In this document: positions 12,501 through 26,700 of the stretch, piece by piece
Numbering within the stretch: the first letter of the stretch is position 1
Layout of the letters: the number at the start of each line of letters is the position of its first letter
Origin: Bugula neritina
Taxonomy: Eukaryota; Animalia; Bryozoa
Length of the DNA: 64,000 nt
Assembly (NCBI GenBank): GCA_964035545.1
Contig: OZ037768.1
Coordinates: forward strand, 12,122,741 to 12,186,740
Reading direction: 5' to 3'
Notes under the pieces: model-generated
The model's input: the letters and a program-made list of their open reading frames with translations, nothing else
Database searches by the model: none
Told to the model about the DNA's origin: nothing
Program-made: the position numbers and the translations under genes

Positions 12501-15500
12501 TGAATATTGCTGTTTTCTTTTTGAGAATGGCATTGAGGGCATGTGTATGTAACTTGTATGGATAACACAGCAGATACCTGTCTACTTGAAATGTGACTGA
12601 TGTCTTGAAGCTAGCATAATATGTAGTGTTACACGCAAAGCTATGCTTATTAATTTCTAGTCCCTTTAATATAATTTCAAAGTTATTTTCAAGATGTTTT
12701 TATTCTGATACACATTCATGCTGGACTGCAATGTGGTTGTAGTGCCGTGTCCTCTTCATCCATAACCAACCAGTTGATAGCTGATAACTTAGCTCTAGTT
12801 CCATCAACACAACCGCAACAGAAACCTACAGTCTTGCAGTACGTCTACACAGCTGATGGACAGTTATGTCACATAGCATCTTCTCAACCTCCAGAATCCT
12901 GGTCAGCCGCTCAGCTCGTCAGTCCAGCCACTCAAATTATTGAAGGACCTCCGCCACCTCCCCCTGGCCTAGGGCCTCCCCCACCACCTTCTGGCCTAGG
13001 ACCTCCCCCACCACCCTCTGGGTTTAGCACGCAATCTCAATACCTTGGGCCACCACCTCCTTCCAGGATTCCACCTCCACAGGGTCTTACATCTGTTCCA
13101 ATAAATTCCTCTTTTGCTAGTTTTGCTAATATAACTCAGCAATATCCTCAGTTCCCACCACCTTTAACTAACAATGGGGGACCTCCCCCTCCCCCTCAAC
13201 TAAAACCGCCAGTAGTTCAGCCCAATGAATATACTCCTTATAACTATGAGACAATTTTCCCACCCGCAAACTCGGTTATGAATTCCCCTCCCCCTTATAT
13301 TCACGGTGTTCATCCATCCAGACCACAGGCTCTCCTGCCACAAGTAACTCCCCCTGTAGAGTCGCAGAATAGCAATTACCCAAGAATCCAGGGACCTCCT
13401 CCTCCACCACCTGGTTTTAGTAATGTACCAGCTGACATTCATCCCCGGCCTCGCGCTCCACCACTTGCAGCTTTACCCACCAAACCAAGAGTGAGTCGTT
13501 GGTCTGACAATCCCACTCCCAAAGAGCCTGCTGGGCATACTGTGAAGAAGGCAGAGGCTTCAGTTCCAGTTGCTGAAAATAGCTCAAGAACCTCACCTGA
13601 CAGCTCAGTGAGTTTCAACACCAGATGTACTGTATTATTAACTGCACTTTGCTATTTCTATCAAAAAATATGAAAACCATTAGATACTATATTAATATTG
13701 AGAGTTGACTTTTTTGTCTATAATCCAATTGAGGTGTTTATTAATAACTTTCTGCATGTCTTAAAGCTCTCATTGTATTTATGGGATAAACTGCTCAACA
13801 ATGCTTTATTCCTTTTTTTTGTTACTTTTTGTTGAAACAAAATTCACATGCTCACCCGATGGCGTTTACAAGTAAGTGTTGATTTTTCTAGTAGTTTTTA
13901 CTAAATCACTTGCCTCCTATTTTGTTAGAAATTCTGTACTGCTTTGTTGCCATTTTATAGAATAATTAATCTTCAAAAGATATTTTTGAAGATTGGTTAA
14001 TGAGAATATTTGCTGTTTATTTGCTTATTTATTAAATTCATTTTATTGTGTAGATCTCTTCTAACCAAAGTCTTCCAGCTAAGATAACTGATACTATTGC
14101 TGGGAGTAAAGACTCAGTTGAGCCTTATAAACGTCCCAGAAAATCTCGATTTGATGATCCTAATCCTTCCCACCCGAGCAAGACTCCAGCTTCTCTATTA
14201 CCACCTGCAGTATCTTCAACTTCCACTACTGAAGACCAACAGACTGTTAAACCTCCCGTGAAACCAGAACCCGAAGAGAACACAGAAAGACGAAGAAGTA
14301 GCAGAATACATTCTAAAGAAATTCGTCTGCAAGCAGAGCATATCATTCAAGCAGAGAAAGATAAAAAGGTACTCATGTTTGCCTCAATCATAAACATAAA
14401 CACACGAAATGGTGGATCTTAAACTCCACCTAAAACTTGTTGAACTCTGACTCATGCTTAACTGTGAAACCTGTAGGCAGCTCTTGCTAGTCTTGCTGTA
14501 GTTATGTTCTCACTGCGCTTTGCTTAACTGTAAATTCATGAGTAAGTAACTTTGTACACTAAAGTTTTTTTCAGCTTACTTATTTTTGTATGCTAAACAC
14601 TCAAGGAGCTGTATGCAAAATTAGAAAATGTGTAACATGTATGCAGGCTTGTAAAAAATGTCAAAAGAAATCTTGTGTATGTGGGATATATATTTTGAAG
14701 GTCTTTATTAATCAACCAATCACAGTGCTATGTTACATTTTGAATTCTGGTGTAATCAAAATATCATTGTGTTACAAGCAATGTACTGGTGAATTAGACA
14801 ATGTAATGTAAATTGCATCAAGTATTCATTTCATTTAAAAGCAATTACATTTTTTAAATTTAGGAAGCTAAAAATAAAAATATAACAGAAAAAGTGCAGT
14901 CCAATGAGGAAACAGTAGACTTTGTGATTGAAAATCGGTCTCCGAGGAAAAGTATAGACTTGCCAGAACGTTCTGACGTTCAAACGTCTCCTGTGAAGTC
15001 CTCATTGAATACGTCTGCCAGTGCACCTGGAAAGCTGAAGATGAGGTGGCTACAGGCAACTTGGCAAGAAGAGAGTGCTGAGTCTAATAATGCTTGTAAT
15101 CAGGTGAGTAGTGCTTCTATACTCTGCTCTAACACCAACTATTGTGAGGTATACTTGCTATATGTATGATACGTCATGTGTCGCTATGAACTATGGTTTT
15201 ATTCTCTGTTATAAAAGTCTTTTTTAAATGTTCATTAAAATTAAAGCACAGTTTTGCATGTACTTTTCTAATCTACCAACTTCCCTATCTGTAAATGAAT
15301 AGCACAAATAATTGTGGTAAGGCGGTGTAATACTAAAATCTGTCATAAATATAGTTGGGACCAATTTAAATTATTAAGTTTAGAGTTTATTTCAAGTAAA
15401 TATTTGTGATAATTTTTAATATACAGTAATACTGAACAGTAATACTATACAGTAATACTGAACAGTAATACTATACAGTGATACTATACAGTGATACTAT

Positions 15501-18500
15501 ACAGTGATACTATAGAGTGATACTATACAGTGATACTATACAGTGGTACTATACAGTGATACTATACAGTGATACTATACGGTGATACTATAGAGTGGTA
15601 CTATACAGTGATACTATACAGTGATACTATACAGTGATACTATACAGTGATACTATATAGTGATACTATAGTATAGAATAGGATGGTATCATGTGCTGTT
15701 TTCAGGGCTCAGGTAGAGAGGTGAAGTCCAATGAACTGGCTAAGGAGGGAAATACTTCAAGAGACATGAACCTGGATAAACTCGACACCCAGGAGCCAGC
15801 TGAAGCTCCGTCAGGTGTACCAAAGAACTTTGAGAATATTGAGGATAACATCTATCTAACCAGCAGGTACTTCCTGGTGTTTGCACTATGCTGCTATTAC
15901 TATTGTCAGGCAACAGCTGGTGACTACCTGGTCCACTAAACTTTCTAGTTTCTTGGAGTTAGTGATTTTAGCCTTTAAGCTGAAGCTGTGTTTCATCCAG
16001 TTTTCTGTGTATTGCTTAGATTAGAATTCATTACTGAGTCTTTTAGTTTGCAAGAATCGTTGGCTTCAGAATGCTACACAAGAATTTATCACACACAGTT
16101 TATGTATTTGTTATCAATTACAGTAAGAAGTCAAGCAAGAATCAGAAAGAGGCGAAGAGAATGGTGTGTGATTGTTCACTGACTGAGGAAGACATAGCTA
16201 ATGGGGAGCTAGCATGTGGAGATGATTGCCTCAACAGGATGCTCATGATTGAGTGGTTAGCAGTTACTTGTCACCTGTTACATTATGATCACTTTCTAAT
16301 GTCCATCACCAACTCAATTTACTGTTCTGGTCTGTGTAGCCGGTATGTTCTTATTCAGTGGGTCAAGATGTCCGTACGGTGCGTACTGCTCCAACAAGAG
16401 ATTCGAAACAAAAGCGTATGCCGTAGCTGAGGTGTTTCTCACTGAAAACAAGGGACATGGACTGAAAGCATTGGCTCCGATTTCAAGGTATGCTGAGCTG
16501 ATATCAATCAAACTCTGTAGCTGCAGATATTCTCTTAAAGTAAATGCAGATTCAACCTTGCATTTCAACAAGTTGTATCTTGTTATATAAATATAATATT
16601 TGCGTAATATTGTGCACAGGGGATCATTTATCCGGGAGTACGTTGGTGAAGTGTTGGGCTGTAAGGATTTTAAACACAGGGTAAAGCAATATGCCAAAGA
16701 TCAGCACAGGCACTACTATTTCATGGCTCTAAATGCCGACGAAGTCATCGATGCCACTATGAAAGGGAATATTTCACGGTTTATTAATCACAGTTGTGAT
16801 CCTAATGCCGAGACTCAGAAGGTAGGTGTAGCGTGCAAACCACCGCCTTTTCTCCCACATTTCTTGAGCATGCCATGCGTGAATTGTTGGAGTTTTCATA
16901 CTTAGTGAAAATATCTCATCATCTTTAGTAGCATATTTGTATGTTACACCACCATTCTCTGTTGTTTATAGTGGACTGTCAATGGCAAATTGAGAGTTGG
17001 GTTCTTTGCTACTCGAGATATTGGACAGGATGAAGAAATCACATTCGACTATCAGTTTGAGCGATATGGGTAAGTCCTTTTGTCTCTGGTCAATAAATCT
17101 GGTGACATATTAACCTGCTCGGGTTTCATCTTCAACTTTTTGGATACGAAACTTGCTTAAGCCACAAAAACTGTCATAACATGCATAATAAATTTCTCAA
17201 ATGTTTTGGCTGTGTTAGGCATTGGTTTGATCAACAATCAAGAAGTAACTAAACTAATTGAAGATTGTTGTGGTATTTGTCATTATTGTCTGTCATGATG
17301 GTTATTAATAGTAAGGAGGCTCAGAAATGTTACTGTGGCTCTGCCAACTGTCGTGGTTATATTGGTGGGGAGAAAACCCAGCCTCTGAAACACCTTGCTG
17401 ACACGAAATCTTCATCTTCTGTATCTAAGAAAAAGAAGGAAGAGTCTAAGAAAAAGCTGGATTATAATTTTAGTGATGATATGGTATTTAATATATGGTT
17501 TTATATATATAGTTTTGTGTTGTATTCAATACATAGTATTGTACTGTAGTTTTCAAATGTTTTTAATTCAAATAACCAAATTTTTGTTATAATAAGCACT
17601 TGATTTATTAAAAGATTTTTTAAACAAAGTCGTGAACTTTTGTTTGTTTTATGTCACATTGAGTTTGTTTCCCTTCTCTCAATTAACATTTTATTAGTGA
17701 AATATGTTTTCTTTAGAAATCTTGTCCTTTTTTCTAACCAAAATTTGATACGAGGTATATCATTACCACTTTACTCATCTCATGCCTCCATGGCTAAAGT
17801 ATGATCAGTTAAAGTGATGCTATACACCTTACAGCTTTCTGAAGAAATAGAGAAGTTATCTCTGCTTGGTGGCCTCAAGCGATCTGAACATGTTGTGCAA
17901 CTGGCCAGACTGATGGTACGAGCAGAAAGTGTTGAGCATAGGTCCAGCTTGCTCAACACCATTCTGGTTTGTATATCTTTAAATTATGGCTCATCTTTAT
18001 CTAATACGGAAGTGTGAAGTGTTATTTCATTTTATTCAACATTTATCAGAGTTTTCAACATTTGTTTTATGTAGACTACAACGAATCAAAATTGTTTACG
18101 CCTTTTTCTGAGCTACCATGGATTATCACTAATATGGAGTTGGATGATGGACCTGCCCCATATCGGACAATATAAACTTAAGCTAAAGGTTAGTGGCGTC
18201 GAGCTTTGTGCTGTTTTGTAGCGAAGAACTTTTTGGAAAATTCATCTCTCATATTTTTTATGGTATGATAACTTTCATTCAAATATGATGTTGATGAATT
18301 TAAATTTTTAAACGAAACCTGTTTTCATTTTAGATAATCAGTGTGTTGAAGCGTTTACCAATCACCAATAAGAATATACTCCAAGAAACAAAGATATTGC
18401 AAGTTGTTGAACGTTTAGCGAAAGAGTGCAAAGATAGAAACGAGCTTATTAAAGCTGAGCTTGCAGCTGATGCGGACAAACTAACAGAAAATCACGAGTA

Positions 18501-21500
18501 CATGACTGAAGAAGAGATACAGCCTACTAAACCAGAACTCTCAGATGAAAAAGAAGAATTAGAAGCTGATGGAAATGAAATCCCAGCCAAATTAGAAGAG
18601 TTACAAGCTACTAAAGAAGAGCCAAGCAGTGAAGCTGATACTGTAAACAACTTTACCGCTAAACTTGAGCCAGTAGACGTTATGTGCAATGCTCATTTGG
18701 AGAGTGACGGAGCTACAGAACTTAAGTCTGTGAAACCCGAACCAGAACAGTTGACTACTTCAAACATTCAAGCATCGACTGACACATTGGCACTGGACGG
18801 TGTTTGCCAAGCTGTGAATGAAGGTGGACATGTTGGTGTTGAAGATATCTCCCAGTTGAACCGCACACTAGTCAGTGATGTTCCTACTAAAGCAGAGAGC
18901 TGTTACTCAGCCTCTAATTCACAGTCGGATCCAACGTCTAATCTGGGGACTCCGCAATCTCGTAGGATGTCCGGAGAAGATGAAAGTCAGGATGATATTT
19001 TGTCTCAAGATGGACACCATGTTGACAAGGCAAGCAGAGCGGCAGAACTGAAAGAAAATGAGCTGGAAGAAATAAGCCAGCTGCTGGCATCCTTGGAAGA
19101 ACTTCTTGACAAGTGGTCTTTGCTTAAGGTGAATTTTTTAAATTTTCTTGCAGTTTTGGCTACCAAACTACACTCGCGAACACACACACAAAATGTTGTG
19201 TTTTGTATTCACATTGTTAGTAATTATCTAGATTTTCGTGCTCTATAGCTTGCTGCACCCGCACACACAAAAAATACTGTGTATTGACAATGTTAATGAT
19301 GTTAGATGTTATTGTTTATGCTTAATGAAACTACTCAATGTGTAACTATATGATATTTTATTGTTGTGAAGTTTTAAACCTGTTTAGGAGTCCTTCAAGA
19401 TTCCCATAAAACAAGAGAATGAGGAAAGGAAGAGGACTGTGAAGGAAATAGACACTTTTAAACAGGATGATGTTGACAGAGCTCGAGATCGTAGAGATCC
19501 GCTCAGGTACATATGATGGCACAGACATGGAATATGATAGTCTAAAAGCTCTTTACAATCTATTACATTCACCAGGCTATTTGCCAGAGTTCTCCCATCA
19601 GTTGGTTATGTTGTAGATCTAAGTATGGGAGCAAGTATGAGCGCAAAAGGAAACGAGAATTTTCACCTGATCAGAGAAGTCGACGAAGGGGAGAGGAAAG
19701 TCAGCCAGACCCGTAAGTTGCTGTTATTGCATCTTCTCTCCAATTTTTTTTCCTTCACTTTTATTAGATTGCCTGTAACAAATTTAAAAAAGATTTAGTC
19801 TTTAAATCTTGTGCTCGCATTTTTGTAATGTTTCAATGATCAGTATTTTTTGTTTACCTTTAGTCACCATCTGCGCAAGTGCAATGGAATATAATGTGTT
19901 GTTCATCAGCAGTTGGGCAGAGCTTAGGATGAAAGTTTATAGAGTGAATATATGTGACTTTGCAAGAGAAGATTATTCCTCATTACCTATTTTTCGGATT
20001 TTAGCATTCAATCACAAATAGACAAACAAGAAAGGCGTCGCATGTTTGAAGAACAGGTTCGAGCTGAAGAGGAACAGATGGCGTTAGAGCAACAGCAGTA
20101 TGAGTTATACCAACAACAGGTGAAATACAAACTTATGTAGTTGCAGCCAATGTACATGTGTATTGGTGGTCATTGATTATATTTATAGATTCTGTTAAGA
20201 AAATTAGCCTCTAATATAAAATGACTATGATGGTTTTCTACACTTTTTTAAACCATAAATGTGCATCGATTTCTATTTGCAAATAGTCCATTTATATTCC
20301 TTATTCCACGCATTATGTTGAAATATGGAGATATGGTCTAGTTTATCAGGTGTAAAGTTGTTTATGAATGGCCATTAGATACAGGTGTGTTGGCTGTTGG
20401 CATTTACAATAATTCCAACTCATACAAAGTATTGATGATTTCATATTCATCAGCGATTGACATGTTCAATTATTATATTTATTTAATATGTGTATCGTTT
20501 TTGACAGCTCTATGAAGAGCACAATGAACATGCATTGCAGCAGCATGAACTGCCTCCTCAACTATCTCACCACCAACTACCGGCTCACCAACCTCCGCCG
20601 TCTCTTCAACCGCTGCCAGAACAGCAACCACTTGCCGAGTACCTTGCCCCACAGTCACAGCCTACTTCTCAGTACCCAATAAAAGTTCCCTCCAGCGCTC
20701 AACCTCTACAACAGATGGGTTATATTCAGACTAACCCTACTCCTGTGCAGGTGTGATTTACAGCCTTCAGTTTAAACTTGCTGTTTAACCAGTAGCTAGT
20801 GTTGCTTTAAATAAACGTTCTAAATAAGTTCATTGTTGTACTATTTTGTATTTTAAAGAATTCAATGCATAGTATAGCAATATAAAATGATTATAAGGAG
20901 CATTTTTCTTCACATACATTAATAGTATTTATACTAAATGTTTTACAGAAGATTGCTATCTTTATATGTATGTAAAAAGTTACTTTCTCTATAGACACAG
21001 CTAATTACTGTGATCAAGGAGTGTTAAGGCCTGGGTCAAAAGTTTATTTTTAAAAATACATTCTTTAGTAATGTCTTATTGCTTGAAATTTAATCGTCAG
21101 CTTTGCTTCTTTCTCAAACATCACCTCGCTTAATAGACCATAAGATGAGAAATTATGCAAGTAATCTATGGTATTGTCACAATGGGTTGTAGGCTGCTGC
21201 ACCACTAGTACAGAGTACCTCTCAGGCACAGACTGTCTGTTATTATACTACCCCGCAAGGTATGGTAGTTCAGCAAATTGTGCAGACAACTACTCCACAG
21301 CCCCAACCTTCTGTAAGTATAGAATTGAGAAACTCAGGCTAATAGTTACCAAGTATGTTTTGCCACTATTTACTTTGGGTCTGAGATTTTGCCTTATGCT
21401 GCTAGCAGTAATGTGTTGGCCTCCACTACCAACTCTCTCTATAATATACTGTTCAGTTCCATGTGACATGCTTTTCAATGAATCTTCAAAGTTTATCAAT

Positions 21501-23023
21501 ATTTTACTTGCCATTTTTCTAATTAATTTAACCTTTATTTTGTCCTTAATCCACCATTGAGTTTATGAATTTTATAGTTAATGACTTCATGTGAGATGTG
21601 AAAGGAATAGCAGGATCCATATTACTATTTGATAGTGCAGTTTATTATTCAACAGGTAATATATATGACCAACACAACACAGCCAATGGTTGGAGACGAT
21701 CCTCCACCTCCACCCACTGTTGTCACACCAGCTCTACCTCCAGACTGGAAGACTGCTAGCGATTCCCAAGGTCGTACTTACTATTATCATAGACTGACAC
21801 GAAAGACACAGTGGGAGGTGCCTACCAGTGACCAAGATATCGGCGCTCCCATGGATATTGATACGCCGCCACAGGGCAAGAAGAGCAAGTCTAAGCACAA
21901 GGTGTATATCACTAATAATTCTTATTTAAATATGCAACTTCCATATAGTAAATGTGAGCTACCATATATATATTACACAGTATTGTTTCGTGTTTTATGT
22001 GCCATTCTATATTTTGAAACAAATGTTTCTAAAGTGGCTTTGCTGTTAAAATAATGTTTCTGCAGTAAATGATACTTGTATAAAATGATACGGGTGGCTC
22101 TACTCTGCGTGTATTCAAATAGCTTCCTAAATGTTAACTACAGCTATTGTAATGTTTTGAAACCTGTAATTGAAACTCTGAAATTTTATATACTTGTAGA
22201 AAACCACTATGGCTCCAGCAGATACTTCAGGAGATGCTAAGAAAATGAAAGAACACTTCAAATCGGCTGTGAGTATTAATATGGTTGGTGGTGGAATGTG
22301 ACATGTGTTTGTTTTATGTAATGTTAAGATGCTGGAGCTTGCATTGAGCATTGGAGATGCAATGCAATCTTTGTAAAGTTTGTGAAAATTTTGACCCGTG
22401 AATTTTCTGGCTCGTTGGTTGTATTTTATTGAATGTTCTCGTCTGTTGTAGATTTCTATCTACATTAGAACTCTACTCAATAACTACATGAAATCAGACT
22501 GCAGCATTGGCAAAATCACCAACAAAGATGACTATAAATTTCTTGCGAAAAAGGTAATTAGTGTAAAGAATACCAAGATCTGTAAATAAATCAGCTTAGT
22601 TTTGGGTTGAAGTATGGTATACAATAAGCAAAAATTGTCAGAATGAAAAGAAGTACTGGAAGTGAATTGTCTATATTTCATCAATTTTGTTTATGTAAAT
22701 TTTAGTGTTGGCTAACCTAGCTAATCAATGAATTTGCCACATGTTTTCAAATTTTCTCCTATTTTTGTTACCAAATTGAAGAGTAGCATTTGTTTAGCAT
22801 TTGTATATGCTGATCATCGAAGCATTTTTTCGAAATTTGTCTCATGATCTGCTGTTTTACCATTTAGTTGACGCATGCGGTTTTGGATAAAGAATTAAAA
22901 CACTGCCGCCACCATGAAGATCTGGAAGTGAATGAAAATGTCAAATTTAAAGCCAAAGAATTTGTAAAAAAGTATATGGCTAAATCTGGCTCTACATATA
23001 AACGAGAAAAAGATGAAAAGTGA
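9550..23023 (+). CDS. SETD2: Histone H3K36 methyltransferase SETD2/Set2 (about 24 coding exons)
   Basis: Exons 9550-9590, 9770-11242, 11764-12435, 12743-13607, 14054-14368, 14864-15103, 15706-15866, 16124-16255, 16359-16487, 16620-16821, 16972-17069, 17312-17483, 17835-17966, 18075-18188, 18334-19128, 19388-19506, 19617-19712, 20005-20119, 20508-20750, 21193-21312, ~21656-21901, 22200-22268, 22452-22553, 22868-23023 join in phase. Domains: AWS (CGDDCLNRMLMIEC), SET (EYVGEV; RFINHSCDPN; EEITFDYQF), post-SET (CYCGSANCRGYIG), WW (LPPDWKTASDSQGRTYYYHRLTRKTQWEVP), C-terminal SRI (DDYKFLAKKLTH...KEFVKKYM). Confidence 0.95.
15421..15672. repeat. 13-bp minisatellite (ATACTATACAGTG)n, ~19 copies, in a SETD2 intron
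   Basis: Direct inspection; the array ends ~33 nt before the acceptor at 15705. Confidence 0.95.
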
Positions 23024-23724
23024 CTTCGCTATAAATTTGAATATAATCTTCGTTATGTTTCCAAGAAATTCTAGAATTTGCTATCTATCTAGTCAAACGA
23101 GGTAATATAGCTGAAGTTAATAAACTGGACAGTATTCACTCTAACTTTACATACTCACATTGTTTTCTCTACCTAATATATTTTTAAAGAATTATTACTA
23201 GTTATTATACAAGTAATTGCATATATTTCTGTACCGTTTATTTCCTTTGCATGTGCAATCAATCAGTTTTATTGGAATGTCGTGTAGCATAAATTTTTAT
23301 TGTATTATATATGTAAATGTTTTGCTTGTAGCATTATATAGTTAAAACACAATATAACAGATCAGTATTAAAGTTTAACGTTTCCAAACAAATTGTATAG
23401 CTTGTACAGAAACAAAGTTCATCCAAATTTACTAAAATATAGAAACAACCTCAACACATCTAAACAATAAATTATAATATTTTGCACATTTTGCAGTTTC
23501 CAAAATAAAAAAAAAACATCTAAATTAGCCACCTCCATAATACAAAAACTACTAATAATGACACATTTTTCTAAATTTATAGTTTATAGAAAATTCTATG
23601 ATATTTCTGATAAAATAATGTACAGTTTCAGACGAGTAAAAGCACCAATATTAATAGAAAAAAAAGAATAGACAAGCGAGAACTGCAGAAATGAATTACC
23701 ATTTAGGATATTATGCCAAGTTAT

Positions 23725-26700
23725 TTACCGTTCTCTCAAAACCGGTATCTCTAAATATGTATGCTCAGCACCCTTAATGTTAACTTTATGCCGGCTGTAA
23801 TACTCTACCATATCCATGATGTTCTTGAAAGGATGACTAAATTGCCCCAAAATGACAGAACCATCTGGCTGTTCCACTATTTTTATATGGATAAAACCAG
23901 AAGAATTTCTAAAAACAAAAAACATAACATTTTATTTGCATTCCACAAATCCCACCAGCATTTTATAACTACTAATTAAACTAGACTAATAGATATGGAG
24001 ATCATATTAAAACAGAGAACAGTTTAGTTAACAGATGCAACAAAAGACAACTCCAATAAATTTAAAACCAAAATATCCTTCGCAGACATACAATTAGCGT
24101 CACTAGTACCTTAGCAACTAAAAAGCTATGAACACCTGTGCATGTGTGTAAATTTATTTTTGTTAAAAATTAAATATTACAGTAAGAAAATTTAAGAGAA
24201 AAGCATTTGTATCCACAGAAACTAAACCCGTACTTTAGAGATAGTGTCTTGTCCTTGGGCCCATTACTGGATTCTCTGATAAGAAAAGAACCATCTGGTT
24301 GCTTTCGAAGAAGCTCTTCTGCATGATTTCTCTGGATAGATCCATGGTACCAACTACACAAGAGAAAGCATGGTAAACAGGATAGAGTTGTTACAACTAC
24401 TAGCTATAATTGTTACAACGGTTGGCAAGAACTCACAATGGCTGACACAAACTTACGGTTGCTGTGTGAGTGTGAGACTTTTATTAACTCCAAGACCTAT
24501 TCGATGTTGGCATTCAGGAACATCACTGGGTGTTGTCGGAGCTAGATATAAAGTTATCAAAAATTGTCAACAATGAATATCAAATTTGCACAATTATTTT
24601 ATAATAACATATATGCCATTGCATTAAACCTTGTATCGGATGTTAGAAGCATTACCGAATGTTAGATTAGCATGGATGTGTGCTTGTTAGTGGTTACAAA
24701 AATGTTTTTCTAGCTACATAATATTGAAACAAACTAAATGGTGATAGGCTGTTAATGTCAAAGTATTTTAGTAGCATTTTCCTTATTATAGGGTAGACAA
24801 CCTTCAAGCAAATAACGACCAATGAGGAAATATGACAATAACATGTGCTATTAATCATGATGAACTATTTTATTTGGTGAGACAACTCTTATAAGCAAAT
24901 GAATCTCCAAGATGGATTCACAAACACTTACAAGAAGACAACTCTTAATGCAACAAATATTTTAAGTAAACACACCTGGGGACATGTATATTTGACATAG
25001 ATGTGGTATAAATACCCACATTTGTACAACTTAAGACCTTAACTATCCTAAGCAAAATATGGATTTGAGAAATGATTTAACAAGTAGCTACAAGCAACCA
25101 TCCACCTTTCTACTTAATAATTACCAGAATAACTTCCAGAAAAACTGAAAGTATGATTTCTGGTAGACAAGTATGTGGTCTCAGTGATGTAGTCTACAAA
25201 AAATATCTCGTAATTATGCCGAAATATAGAAACTACTTAAACTACCGTTACAGTCTGACATGAATGCATATTTGCATAAATACAACATAATCTAGATTTT
25301 AGTTTATCTACATACCAGTACATATAAATTAAAATAGGTATGACATGTTTAAATGGACATAGTAAATACGCACAGCACACATTTGGGTGATAGTGGTTGA
25401 CAAAGGTTGTATACCAACATTAGTAATAAATTAGTAAAACAATTATTATATGCTCAGTTATGCAGTTAAAAGCATATTAATAATAAAGGTATTGTGTGTC
25501 ACTGTCTCAGAAACTTGAGCCTGGCAGTTTAAGCAACTAGACATAAACAAAAGGGCTTCACTCACCCTGTTCTGCTGTAATCAGAAAAAGATAAAATCTA
25601 CTTTTAGATCATGTGCTAAGTAAAGCGAAACACTTTTAATCTGGCCAAAAAATAAATTATAAGTTCATTCTAGAAAAATGAAGCAGCAGTAATAATCATG
25701 AGATACACTGCCAGCAAATCATGCAATCTACCTCTCTGGCACTACATCTTTTGAAGGAGACCTTTCTAACACAAGGAAAGACAACTCTGAAGAAAAATTT
25801 GCTGAAACTAATTACATTAAATGTTTGAAGACTGCCGACTAATTACAATCATTAAAACATGTAGCAAAACTGCTTTGGTTGTAAGTCGTAATATTAATTC
25901 CTGTTTTGTCAGAATGTTCAATTTGAAAAGTATTTTTTCCAACTTGTACTTAAAACAAAATATCTAATAGTACAAAACTGTGATATCAATTACCAACTTA
26001 AAATTTTTTAATCACTTCTGTCCATGAAACTCCTGAAAAGCAAATATCAGTAGTTTTATAACTTCTATTACAGCACCAAGTACAATATAACTGATATTTG
26101 AACCCAATTGTTTAGTCAAAAGCTAACTTTTTACCCAAACAATTCAATAGAGAAACAACAGTCAGCTAGACTCACCTTTCCTAATGCTGCCAGATCGAGA
26201 AGAAATTGATCCTTTGCGTTCAGATGGATATGAGTGGGTATTGGTCTTGTGAACTACTAGCACTGGTTTATTAGCATGAGTCTGCCCAGGAGCAATGGAA
26301 GAGAACTGAGAAGTTTTAGATGGTGGTGGGGTGCTGGGCAAGGCTGGACTACCTCCTGATATTGCTCGAGGTGATAGCTTATGAAGTCCCTCAGGGACCA
26401 TACGCCTTTGCGCTGTGTCGTCTCCACTGTATAAAACAAAGCCAGCAATCAAATGATAAGGAAATCAAATTTAATATATTTTAAGGTATAAACAATATTA
26501 TGCCAATAGCAAGTTTTTCAAAAATGACTTTGATGAGTGATAGAAATAGCCCTGCCTTGAATGTTTTTATACTTGAAAAATAAATTAAGCACTTTCACAG
26601 AATATGTTGCAACCTAATTTTCTGAGTTTGTATGTAGTCAATTAGCTATACAGTCATTTGTTCTGTTTTTGCCACTAAACATGTCCTTTATTAAATAAAA

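Noticed and set aside
15421-15672. CRISPR-like array (also considered for 28454-28692)
   Set aside because: No unique spacers, no cas genes, eukaryotic intronic context; these are plain minisatellites.
25732-25765. 34-nt AG...GT candidate exon (ERSPSKDVVPE)
   Set aside because: It breaks phase with the downstream phase-1 exons with or without the microexon; it would need an unseen compensating exon.
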